Made by a program: the position numbers and the translations under genes. A stretch of DNA of 64,000 nt from an uncultured Methanosarcinales archaeon (GTDB taxonomy: Archaea; Nanobdellota; Nanobdellia; Woesearchaeales; CAYPCY01): assembly GCA_964409385.1 (NCBI GenBank), contig CAYPCY010000002.1, forward strand, positions 10,608 through 74,607. Reading direction: 5' to 3'. The notes below the pieces were generated by a model that worked only from the letters and a program-made list of their open reading frames with translations, made no database searches and was not told the DNA's origin. Positions 1 through 9,600 of this stretch are shown here, one piece after another. Every line of letters begins with the position of its first letter. Position 1 is the stretch's first letter.

Positions 1-2
1 AT

Positions 3-905
3 ATGAAGAAAGATTTCGCTGTTTACAAAGAAAGTATTGATATATTTTCTGGAGAAGGGAAGTTTCAGGAAGCGAAGGAAGTTTATGATAATCTTTCTAA
101 GGAATATTCTTCTTTAGAAACTAAAGATCCCATTGTTAGAAAGGAGTCTTATGATATTGTCAAGGATATTTTTGAGAATTTTTCTTCTGTTTTGAAAAAG
201 TCAGGTATTAAAGTTGTGGAAAAGAAGAAAGAGGAAAGGGAGAAAGAAGAAAAACTTAACAAAGAAATAAAACCGGAAATTAAGGTTGAAGTTAATGTCA
301 AGCCTGAAATTATTGTTAATAAGGAGAAAGAATCAATAACTAAAGAAAAACTGGTTGATATTGCGAAAACAACAGAGGAGTCATTAACTCCTAAAGAGAG
401 AAGGGAAGTTAAGATTATTAAGGAGACTGTTGAAAAAGAAAAATTGAAAGAGGTTGTTTCTCCAGATACTGTTAGTTTTCTTGTTGATTCAGGAATGAAT
501 TATTTGAAAGATAGAAGTTTAAGAAAATCGGCTTATGTTTATGTAAAAATTTATGAATTATATCCTAAATTGAAAGAGTCTGAAAAGAAGAATTTAAGAC
601 CTAAAATTCTTGGATTGTTCAATAATATTAAGGAGAAAACTTTCTTCACTGCATTAACTAATTTGACTGGGTTCTTAAACACTATAGAACAGTCTTTGAA
701 ACAATCTAAAAAATTAGTTAATAAGGGTATGATTGTGGAAGCTTCTGAAGAGATTGATATTGTTAAGTCTTTACATGATCAGATTCCTGACAGGTTTAGT
801 AAAGAGAAAGAAAAATATTTTGATGAAATTATGAGTCTTTACAATAATATTCAACATGAAGTTAACCTGTTAAAAAAAGCAAAACTTATAAAGAATTCTT
901 CCTAG
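3..905 (+). CDS. Hypothetical helical cytoplasmic protein upstream of pilus ATPase (may be 5'-truncated by window edge)
   Basis: 300-aa Lys/Glu-rich ORF; repeated A..Y..L...Y..L helical motif; 20 bp before the ATPase gene. Confidence 0.7.
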   Translation: MKKDFAVYKESIDIFSGEGKFQEAKEVYDNLSKEYSSLETKDPIVRKESYDIVKDIFENFSSVLKKSGIKVVEKKKEEREKEEKLNKEIKPEIKVEVNVKPEIIVNKEKESITKEKLVDIAKTTEESLTPKERREVKIIKETVEKEKLKEVVSPDTVSFLVDSGMNYLKDRSLRKSAYVYVKIYELYPKLKESEKKNLRPKILGLFNNIKEKTFFTALTNLTGFLNTIEQSLKQSKKLVNKGMIVEASEEIDIVKSLHDQIPDRFSKEKEKYFDEIMSLYNNIQHEVNLLKKAKLIKNSS

Positions 906-925
906 TATTTTGTGAGAGGTGAGCA

Positions 926-2365
926 ATGGTAAAAAAAGTTATTGATAATTATAAGCTTGAAGTTAATGATATAATTGTCGATGTTACTATTGAATCTAAC
1001 GATCAAAAGTCGGTTCCTGATTATATTACATCTATAGCTAATATTAGTGATACTACAAAGCTTATTCTTGAAAAGATAAGGGAGGAATTTGTTTCGAAAC
1101 AAGGAAAGGCTTTGGATGTTGATGTTGCTCAATTGCAAGATGTTAGGGATAGATTCAAAAAGGAAATTCTTAGGTTGATTGCTAAATATTTTCCTTCTGC
1201 AGATGAGAAAACTTCTACTATGCTTATGAACTATTTGCTTCAGGAAAGTCTTGGTTTTGGAAAGTTAGAAATTTTATTGAAGGATATTAATTTGGAAGAG
1301 ATTGTTATTAATAATTCTACAGAGCCAGTATGGGTTTATCATAAGAAGCATGGTTGGGTTAAGACTAATATTAATATTCCTACAGAGTCTAGAATTAGAC
1401 ATTATTCTACAATTATAGGTAGGGAAGTAGGTAAGGAAATTACTAATTTGGAACCCTTAATGGATGCTCACTTAACTACTGGAGATAGGGTTAATGCTAC
1501 CCTGAATCCAATTAGTACTAAGGGTAATACTATTACTATTAGGAAATTTGCTGCCGATCCTTGGACTATTACTAAGTTTTTGAATAATAATACTATTGGT
1601 TATGAAGCTGCAGCTTTAATTTGGTTGGCTATTGAGAATGAACTTTCTGTTATTGTTTCTGGAGGTACAGGTTCTGGAAAGACTAGTATGCTTAATGCCC
1701 TGGCTGGATTTTTCCCTCCTAATCAAAGAATTTTGTCTATTGAGGATACTAGGGAATTAACATTGCCTAATACTCTTCATTGGGTTCCTATGGAGACTAG
1801 AATGCCAAATCCGGAAGGTAAAGGAGGAGTTTCAATGCTTGATCTTGTAGTTAATAGTTTAAGGATGCGTCCGGATAGGATTGTTGTTGGAGAGATTAGA
1901 AGGAAGGAGGAAGCGCAGGTTTTATTGGAGGCGATGCATACTGGACATTCTGTTTATGGAACTTTTCACGCTAATGATGCTGAAGAAACTGTTATGAGGC
2001 TTACTAATCCTCCTATTGAAATTCCTAAGCCAATGCTTAGTTCTGTCGGGTTTATTCTTGTTCAGAATAGGAATAGAAAATCTGGTAAGAGACGTAGTTT
2101 ACAAGTTGCAGAAATTCTTCCTTCTGGTGATCCTAATGTTTTATTACAATTGAATGTCTTGGAAGATAAATTATTTTGGAAGTCTGAATCTAAGAGTGTT
2201 TTTCAAAAGTTAGAATTGTTTACTGGTTTGAACGTTGATCAGATTAAGAATGATTTAAAGGAAAGAATTAAGATTCTTAAGTGGATGGTTGATAATAATG
2301 TTGAGGATGTTCATAAGATTGGATTGGTTATGTCTCAGTATTATAGGAAGAGGCAGAAGAAATGA
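926..2365 (+). CDS. Type II/IV secretion system ATPase (CpaF/TadA/VirB11 family), pilus assembly ATPase
   Basis: Walker A SGGTGSGKTS, SIEDTREL Asp box, LRMRPDRIVVGEIR Walker B, MHTGH..TFHA His box; GAGGTG SD upstream. Confidence 0.96.
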   Translation: MVKKVIDNYKLEVNDIIVDVTIESNDQKSVPDYITSIANISDTTKLILEKIREEFVSKQGKALDVDVAQLQDVRDRFKKEILRLIAKYFPSADEKTSTMLMNYLLQESLGFGKLEILLKDINLEEIVINNSTEPVWVYHKKHGWVKTNINIPTESRIRHYSTIIGREVGKEITNLEPLMDAHLTTGDRVNATLNPISTKGNTITIRKFAADPWTITKFLNNNTIGYEAAALIWLAIENELSVIVSGGTGSGKTSMLNALAGFFPPNQRILSIEDTRELTLPNTLHWVPMETRMPNPEGKGGVSMLDLVVNSLRMRPDRIVVGEIRRKEEAQVLLEAMHTGHSVYGTFHANDAEETVMRLTNPPIEIPKPMLSSVGFILVQNRNRKSGKRRSLQVAEILPSGDPNVLLQLNVLEDKLFWKSESKSVFQKLELFTGLNVDQIKNDLKERIKILKWMVDNNVEDVHKIGLVMSQYYRKRQKK

Positions 2366-3183
2366 GTTTTTTAGATGATTATGCTAGAAAAACTGCATCT
2401 GGCAAACCTGATCTTAAGGCTAAATTAAAAAAAGCACGTATGGACATTTCTTCAGAACAGTATATTAAGAATTCTTTAAAGAGTGCTTTAATGCTTTCTT
2501 TTGGTTTTGGAATGATGACTTTCTTATTTATTGCAAGGGGTGATACTCCTAAAATTCTTGTTCTTTTCGTGTTTGTTGTTTCTTTCTTGTTGTTTAAAGG
2601 TTTTTTTATGAGGTCTGTTGAGGTTAAGGCGTTAAAAAGGGCGAAGGAGATTGATAGGGAGGTATTATTTGCAGGTCGTTTTTTACTTGTTAAATTACAT
2701 TCTGGAAGTCCTTTAATTAATGCTTTAGAACAAGCCGCATCAAGTTATGGTGTTGGAAGTACTTTTTTCAAGGAGATTGTTGATGATATTAAGCTTGGAA
2801 CTCCTGTTGAGGAAGCTTTGGAGAAAGCTATGGATTCTTCTCCTTCTGAAAAATTCAGTAAGATATTATTTCAAATTTCAAATTCTTTAAAGATTGGAGT
2901 TGATGTTAGTGATTCATTACAGGCTGTATTGAAGGAGATTGCTGCTGATCAACTTATTGAAATTAAGAAGTATGGTAAGAAATTAAGTTCTATTACTATG
3001 TTTTATATGCTTGCTGCTGTTGTTGCTCCTTCTTTAGGAATTACTATTGTGAGTGTTATTCTTAGCTTGATTGGTTTTCCAATTGATATTTATTTTTACT
3101 TGGCTGTTGTGGCTGGTTTAGCAATTGTTCAGTTTGTTTTTGTTGTTATGTTTAAGTCAATAAGACCTAATTTGGATTTGTAA
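2362..3183 (+). CDS. Type II secretion system F family (TadB/TadC-like) pilus platform protein
   Basis: Overlaps ATPase stop (ATGA); 2 N-terminal TM, helical domain with LGTPVEEAL, 2 C-terminal TM. Confidence 0.88.
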   Translation: MSFLDDYARKTASGKPDLKAKLKKARMDISSEQYIKNSLKSALMLSFGFGMMTFLFIARGDTPKILVLFVFVVSFLLFKGFFMRSVEVKALKRAKEIDREVLFAGRFLLVKLHSGSPLINALEQAASSYGVGSTFFKEIVDDIKLGTPVEEALEKAMDSSPSEKFSKILFQISNSLKIGVDVSDSLQAVLKEIAADQLIEIKKYGKKLSSITMFYMLAAVVAPSLGITIVSVILSLIGFPIDIYFYLAVVAGLAIVQFVFVVMFKSIRPNLDL

Positions 3184-3184
3184 A

Positions 3185-4204
3185 ATGGCACTTGAATTTT
3201 TAGAAAATTTTGGAAAGGCATTCGTTCCTTTAAAGTTGAGGCCTAATCTTAGAGGTTATGTGTTGAAGGCGGGTCTTCCTGATGTTCCTTTCAAATTTTT
3301 TGGTATTTTGTTTTATGTTGTTTTACTTCTTAGTATTGCTGTTTATTTAGTATTATATACTGTATTGAAAACTTATGTTTTATCTACTATTATTACTGTA
3401 ACATTTGCGTTTTGGATTTTATTTCCTTCTATTATTAGTGGTTTTGTTATGTTTTTGGTTTATGGATTTTTGAATTTGAGAGTTTATAAGAGAACTAAGC
3501 AGGTTGAGGATGCTCTTCCTGATTATTTACAGTTGGTTTCTACAAATTTAAGGTCTGGAATGAGTTTTGAAAAGTCTTTATGGTTTGCTATTCGTCCTAA
3601 ATTTGGTATTTTAGCTGATGAGATTAGTGAGGCTTCTAAGAAGGTGATGACTGGTTCGGATGTTACTGAGGCTTTGAGGGAGCTTAGTAAAAAATATGAG
3701 AGTCCTTTATTGACTAGGACTTTGGATCTTATTATTAGTGAGATTAAATCTGGTGGTGAGATTGCTTCTGTTATTGATAGGATTAGGAGTGATATGAAGG
3801 AGACTCAAGAGTTAAAGGCGGAAATGGCTGCTTCTACAGTTACTTTCAGTATTTTTATTTCGGTTATTGTTCTTGTTATTGCTCCTGTGTTGTTTGCTCT
3901 TGCTTTGCAGTTGATGGATGTTTTGATAGGTATTACTGCTAAGCTTGGATCTTCTGGTGGTGGTGGTGGCCTTGGTGGCGGTATTGATTTTTCTAAGGCT
4001 AGTGGTTCGGATCCTGCTGATTTTAAAGTGTTTTCTTATATTGCAATTGCTGTTATTTCAACATTTGCTGCTATGATTAATTCTATTATTTCTCGTGGGG
4101 ATATTAAGGGTGGTTTGAAGTATGTTCCTGTTTATTTTATAGTTGCAATTATTGTTTATTCTATATCTACTAGTTTGTTAGGTGGGTTATTTAGTGGTTT
4201 GTGA
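3185..4204 (+). CDS. Type II secretion system F family (TadC-like) pilus platform protein
   Basis: VEDALPDYLQLVSTNLRSGMS..FGILADE motif typical of T2SSF domains; multiple TM helices. Confidence 0.9.
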   Translation: MALEFLENFGKAFVPLKLRPNLRGYVLKAGLPDVPFKFFGILFYVVLLLSIAVYLVLYTVLKTYVLSTIITVTFAFWILFPSIISGFVMFLVYGFLNLRVYKRTKQVEDALPDYLQLVSTNLRSGMSFEKSLWFAIRPKFGILADEISEASKKVMTGSDVTEALRELSKKYESPLLTRTLDLIISEIKSGGEIASVIDRIRSDMKETQELKAEMAASTVTFSIFISVIVLVIAPVLFALALQLMDVLIGITAKLGSSGGGGGLGGGIDFSKASGSDPADFKVFSYIAIAVISTFAAMINSIISRGDIKGGLKYVPVYFIVAIIVYSISTSLLGGLFSGL

Positions 4205-4241
4205 AGATTTTAGAAACTTTTATATAGTAAATAGGGGTATG

Positions 4242-4270
4242 TAGTATTAAATTAGTATTAAATTAGTATT
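4242..4270 (+). repeat. 11-bp tandem repeat (TAGTATTAAAT x2.6) in pilin 5' region
   Basis: tagtattaaat-tagtattaaat-tagtatt between TATA (about 4218-4226) and GAGGTG SD (4273-4278). Confidence 0.85.
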
Positions 4271-4285
4271 GTGAGGTGTAATATA

Positions 4286-4801
4286 ATGAATAATAAAAGA
4301 GGACAGGCGGCTTTAGAATTCTTAACTACTTATGGTTGGGCTTTTATGGTTATCTTGTTAATGATTGGTGCTCTTGCTTACTTTGGTGTTTTGAATCCTG
4401 ATAGGTTCTTGCCTCAAAGGTGTAATGTAGGGCCTGAATTCAGTTGTAAGGAGTATAAGGTTGAAGAGGCTTCTGGAGAGTTAAGTATGAGGTTTAGTAA
4501 TAATGTTGGTCAGACTATCACGGTGGGTGCTGTTCTTGCGTCTTGGGATAAAGAAACACTTGTAGATGGCGATTGTGATATTAACAAATTTAATACTGGT
4601 AATTCAGCGTGGGAAACTATAGAAGATGGCGATCAATTCTCTGCTACGGAAGAGATTGAGATTGTTTGTAATTTTGACACAGACTTATTTCCTCCTGTAG
4701 GTAATAAGATTAAGTTTGCTATTGATATGCAATATACTCCTGCTGGTAGGGAGTATTCTCAGCCTTTAGCTGTTGAGATTTTTGCAACATTACAACCTTA
4801 A
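4286..4801 (+). CDS. Archaeal type IV pilin (class III signal peptide), probable major pilin
   Basis: MNNKRG/QAALEFLTTYGWA followed by hydrophobic helix; own TATA and strong SD; T-rich tract after stop. Confidence 0.92.
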   Translation: MNNKRGQAALEFLTTYGWAFMVILLMIGALAYFGVLNPDRFLPQRCNVGPEFSCKEYKVEEASGELSMRFSNNVGQTITVGAVLASWDKETLVDGDCDINKFNTGNSAWETIEDGDQFSATEEIEIVCNFDTDLFPPVGNKIKFAIDMQYTPAGREYSQPLAVEIFATLQP

Positions 4802-4822
4802 TTTTTTCCTTTTTTTAATTTC

Positions 4823-4994
4823 TTTTTCTAACTAAGTAAGAAAAATTCCGAATTAAGTTTGTTTTTTCTAACTAGGTAAGAATTATTAATCAATTAATTT
4901 TATAAATAAGATTATACTTATTCTACTTACTTAGAATGAGTTTTGGCGAATTTTAAGTTCAGAATAGATTTTCTATTCTATTTACTAAAGTAAA
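4823..4994. promoter_or_regulatory. Operator-like repeat array upstream of AbrB-MazF pair
   Basis: 20-bp direct repeat TTTTTCTAACTARGTAAGAA at 4823 and 4863; inverted core CTTACTTAG at 4926; palindromes AGAATAGA-3-TCTATTCT (4961-4979) and TTTACT-2-AGTAAA (4981-4994). Confidence 0.55.
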
Positions 4995-5264
4995 ATGATC
5001 GATACAATTAAAGTTTCTTCAAGAGGACAAGTAGTAATTCCGGAAAAGTTCAGGGAATTATTAAAAATAAAAGAAGGTTCAAAATTAATAGTGATAGAAA
5101 ACAACAATAAATTAATAATAGAACCTGAAGAAAAGTTTCTTACAAGAATAAATAAGTTAGAAATGAATAAGGAAGATAAGGGATGGTTAGCAATTGCAGA
5201 AAATAGTATGAAGAAACTATGGGATAATCCTGAAGACGATAAAGAATGGAAGAAATACTTGTAA
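4995..5264 (+). CDS. AbrB/MazE/SpoVT family antitoxin
   Basis: IKVSSRGQVVIPEKFRELLKIKEG swapped-hairpin signature; overlaps downstream toxin. Confidence 0.9.
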   Translation: MIDTIKVSSRGQVVIPEKFRELLKIKEGSKLIVIENNNKLIIEPEEKFLTRINKLEMNKEDKGWLAIAENSMKKLWDNPEDDKEWKKYL

Positions 5265-5587
5265 AACAAAAAGAGTTATATCTGGTTCCATTTCCATTCT
5301 CTGATTTTAGCGGAGACAAAGTAAGGCCTGTAATAGTAATTTCTAACAATTTTTTTAATAAACAATCTGAAGATGTAATAATTTGTGGAATAACAACTAA
5401 GTTAAATGCTAAAAATTCAATAATACTAAGTAATAAAGATCTTAAATCAGGGAAACTATTCAATAATTGTTGCGTAAAAGTTGAAAATATTCTAAAAATA
5501 AATAAGAAGTTATTATTGAAAAATATTGGAATGACAAACAAAACCATACTAAAAAAAGTTGTTAAAAAATTGAATTTACTATTTTAA
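5246..5587 (+). CDS. MazF/PemK family endoribonuclease toxin
   Basis: LVPFPFSD...KVRPVIVISN..FN....DVIICGITT signature. Confidence 0.92.
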   Translation: MEEILVKQKELYLVPFPFSDFSGDKVRPVIVISNNFFNKQSEDVIICGITTKLNAKNSIILSNKDLKSGKLFNNCCVKVENILKINKKLLLKNIGMTNKTILKKVVKKLNLLF

Positions 5588-5601
5588 AGAGTTAGCACAA
5601 A

Positions 5602-5665
5602 TTTTATATAATTAAAAAATTAGAGATTTTTTAAATTTAAAACTTGTGAAGACAAGTTTTATATA
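5602..5665 (+). repeat. Dispersed about 64-bp double-TATA element, copy 1
   Basis: Near-identical to 25823-25885; TTTTATATA at both ends, internal TTAAAAAAT-5-ATTTTTTAA palindrome. Confidence 0.85.
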
Positions 5666-5688
5666 CTATTCATACCACTTTTTCAAGT

Positions 5689-6168
5689 ATGAAAAGGGGT
5701 CAGGCTGCCATGGAATTTTTATTCACTTACGGATGGGCTATTTTCTTAGTGTTATTGACGGTGAGTTCATTGATGTATTTTGGTATTGTTGACTTTGACA
5801 TTTTTGTTCAGGATTCTTGTAGTTTCAGTCAGAATATTGGTGATTGTGATGAATTCCAAGTTGACCTATCACAACCAGATGATGAAAAGGTAAAGATAAA
5901 ACTTACGAATGCGATTGGTGAACAGTTAATAATTCATTCTTGTAAGGCTTCAATAAATAAGTATTGTGACGAACATGTTTGTAAGATTAATGAAAACACA
6001 GTTCAAACATGGCCTGCTTATGAAAAGGTCGAATTAACTTTTGGATGTTCTGGATTAAATAATAAGGATATAATTCAGGCTTATATAGAATTAAATTTTA
6101 GTATTAAGGATAGTGTTAGAACTCATTTAATGCATGGTTCTTTCATTACTAAATCAGTGAAAAAATGA
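5689..6168 (+). CDS. Archaeal type IV pilin (class III signal peptide)
   Basis: MKRG/QAAMEFLFTYGWA; paralog of 4286-4801. Confidence 0.9.
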   Translation: MKRGQAAMEFLFTYGWAIFLVLLTVSSLMYFGIVDFDIFVQDSCSFSQNIGDCDEFQVDLSQPDDEKVKIKLTNAIGEQLIIHSCKASINKYCDEHVCKINENTVQTWPAYEKVELTFGCSGLNNKDIIQAYIELNFSIKDSVRTHLMHGSFITKSVKK

Positions 6169-6617
6169 AGGCACAATCAAGTTTTGAATATTTAATGATC
6201 TTTGGCATAGCTCTTGGTATTTTACTTCCTTCAATATACATTTTTTACGGAACTGCTGCACAAGCGCAAGATAATTTATTATATAGTCAAATTGATAGGA
6301 TTGGTCAGAACATTCTTTCAACTTCAAGAAGTATTTATTATTCTGGAGAATTTTCTAGAGATTCTATAACTATTGATTTTCCTGTTGAATTAATCAGTAT
6401 TAAGATTTACGACAAGCAAGAATTAGTTTTATATTTTAATACGGATAGAGGTCCTGATTCTTTAGTATTATGGAGTGATATTCCTATAATAACGAATAGT
6501 GTTGAGGATGGTGGAGTTCAATGGTTAACACCTCCAGGATTTAATGCTGGTCAGGGAAGTCTTAGGATAATTTCTCAAGGAGATGAAATTCTTGTTTATT
6601 TGGAAGGTTACTCATGA
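6165..6617 (+). CDS. Minor type IV pilin (class III signal peptide)
   Basis: MKA/QSSFEYL plus hydrophobic helix (QxSxE type). Confidence 0.85.
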   Translation: MKAQSSFEYLMIFGIALGILLPSIYIFYGTAAQAQDNLLYSQIDRIGQNILSTSRSIYYSGEFSRDSITIDFPVELISIKIYDKQELVLYFNTDRGPDSLVLWSDIPIITNSVEDGGVQWLTPPGFNAGQGSLRIISQGDEILVYLEGYS

Positions 6618-9600
6618 GAAAAGGGCAATCATCAATAGAGTTTGTTACTTTATTTACTTTAGTCATGCTATTGTTCCTGGGTGGTTTATACTTTACTGGT
6701 CAAAAACTTGTTCAAATAGAGGATGAAAGAACCCAAAAAAATTCTAATGCAATAAGTAATATTTTACAGTCAGAAATTGAACTGGCTTCAAAATCTGAAG
6801 GTAATTATTCAAGACTTTTTTCTTTACCAACCTTATTTAAGAAAGATAATTATTTAATAGATGTTTACGACAATTTCGAATTAACTATTGATTATAATAA
6901 TAGAGAGTATGTTTATCCTTTGAAGAGAAATATTATTTTCTTTAATGTTCATCCAGGAGGGGATAATATAGTGTCTCACATTAATAATACTGTTTTTATT
7001 GGTGATGATTCTGTTATAACCGTAGATCCTAATAATATTGTATTAGGAGTTCCTGAAGGTAGTACTATAACTATGAAAGTAACTGTTGCTAGTATTTTTG
7101 GTGGTCTTTCTGCAATTATGAGAATTCTTGAAGAACCAGATTGTAATTCAGGTCCTCCTGGAAATGAATGTTCTAACTTGCCTGAATATATTGTGCTGGA
7201 ACAGATTGATTTTATTAATTTCACTACTGATTTACAAATTAAAGATTTTGGAACTTACAAGTTCACTATTAATGGAACAACTATTTTTACACCTCCAGGA
7301 AGGCTTATAAGTCCAATTCAAGATCATAACGAGCCATTTTATTGGTTGACATTATTGAATATGCCTCCAACTTATGGAGATTATATTTTGCCTGATGATA
7401 CTTCTGTTTATGAACAACCAAAGAATTTTGAGCCTAGATTTTACGCTACTTTTCATGATGATAATGCTGATCTTGAAGATGTTTATTTAGAATTTGTTGA
7501 TTCTCCAATTGGTCCTTACACCGTGGATCCAGTTCCTGACCTTGCTAATTGGGAAAATGTATTTCCTCCTGTTAATTATGATTTTACTTTTGATCAACAT
7601 GTGCCATTACCAGATTTTGGTTTTTACACTTTCACATTTAATGTTACAGATAGTCAAGGTATGGTTAATAAGACTCCTTTAAGAATTGTTGAGTTAAGAA
7701 ATATAAATCCTGTAGTTGATGGTGTTTATTTAGAGGGAGAAGTTCCACTACCTTCAATAACTTCTTGGAGTGATGTCTTGAACTTTAATAATTATCATGT
7801 TGAAGTTGTTTCGTCTGATATTAATTGGAATGTGAAGAATATAACTTTAGTATTTACTGACTTTTTAAATTTGGATAGGCCTACTAACCTTCAAAATATC
7901 GTAGTTAATAATCCTGCTTTTGAAACTCCTGATGGAGAAAGTTTGCCGGACGGAATGCATAATCCTAATGGTGGTGTTTTTAGGGCAGAATTTGATGAAA
8001 GTAATGGTTTAATATTTGATGCTTATGGCCAATTCCTTTTCAAGTTTGTAGCTACTGACATTTTAGGATTAACTCATGAGTCTGAAATTTACCAAGTTAA
8101 TACCTATCCCCCTCCTCATTATGATGAAAGTTCAATAATGCCTGCTGATAGTACCATTTTTGAATTGTATGAAGGGTTTGAAACTGATTTTGAAATTACA
8201 TTCTATGATGATGTTGTGGGAGGTTACGATTTTGGATTATTAAATTATGTAGAGTTAGAATTTACAACCGTGCCTGATTATTCATTAATTAATGGTGCAG
8301 AGGTTACTTTTGATCCGGTTTCTGAATATGATTTTTCTGTTCCAAAAAGTTTAGACAAGTTCGGTGAGTATATCTATAGATTTACTGGAATGAATTATCT
8401 TGGAGGATCTAATACTACTGAATTAGTTCATGCTTATCTTGTCAATGTTCCTCCAATCATTCAAGGAGTATATGAAAGAGTAAGTTATACTGATCCTCCA
8501 CTAACTTATTTCCCAGATCCTTATCCTGCTAGAATTCCTTACGATCCTACTTATGTAATAGGAGCGGATGGTGGGGAAGACATTTTCTACTTGTATGTTA
8601 CTGATGATAATAGAAATTTAAGATATGCAAAATTAATTCAAGATAGTTCTCCAACAGGAGCTCCTGGTGGAACAGTTGAGTTTTCTGTTCCTCAAGATTC
8701 GGGTGTTTACTGGCCTGACTTTAGAGATTTTCTATTTACTAAGTTTGGAACTTATTCTTTCCATTTCGAGGTGGAGGATGAGTATGATTTAATAGATACT
8801 TCTCAACAATTTAGTTTGAACTTGATTAATGAATATCCTTATTTTGATGATACTTATTGTCCTAATGGGATTTGTAATTCTGACGGGAGTGATTTAAGTT
8901 CTAGTACTAGTATAATTCCTGTATTAAGCAGTACTCAAAATTTCAATTTTGGTGTTAAGGTTTATGCTTCTGATATTAATTGGAATTTGGATAATGCTAT
9001 TGTTGAGTTTACGGAAGGACCATCTCATGGTGATATGTACCATCCATTTCCTGATAATAAAGGAGAAGGTTATTGTTCTGGAGGAGATAATGTTTTCAGT
9101 TTGATGTTTGATTCTACTGGTGTTGGGGATGATACTGATTATGGAACTTACAAGTTCAGGGTTATGTTGAATGATGATGAGGGATTAAACACTTATTCTA
9201 GTGAGTATACATTAACTTTGAACAATAATGCACCTGTTTTTACTGAAGTATGTCCTGATGTTCCTAATTGGTTATCTTCTTGTTCTGGAACAGTTTATAC
9301 TCCTTCTCCTGCACTTTTTATTTTTGAAAATGTTGGTTATGATGGGAGCACTTTTAATATTCCTATTACTCTTACTGCTAGTGATGTTAATCATAATTTG
9401 CATCTTCTTAAAGTAAAGATTACTGGCCCTTCAGATTCTAATCTTAATAATCAAGTTTATAATTATGAAGTTAGTCCTCAAAATACTTTGTCTAATACTT
9501 TTAGCTTTGATTTTGATGTTATAGGAGATTATAACGTGGAATTTTGGGCTTATGATCAAGAGGTTGATAGTGTATACCATAATTTCAATATTAAACTTCA

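Noticed and set aside
3955-3983. GGT repeats (also 24079-24092) as contingency loci
   Set aside because: In-frame poly-Gly linkers
926-4801. Archaellum (arlI/arlJ) operon
   Set aside because: Two separate platform genes, no ArlH/F/G, and pilins are QxxxE type rather than archaellins
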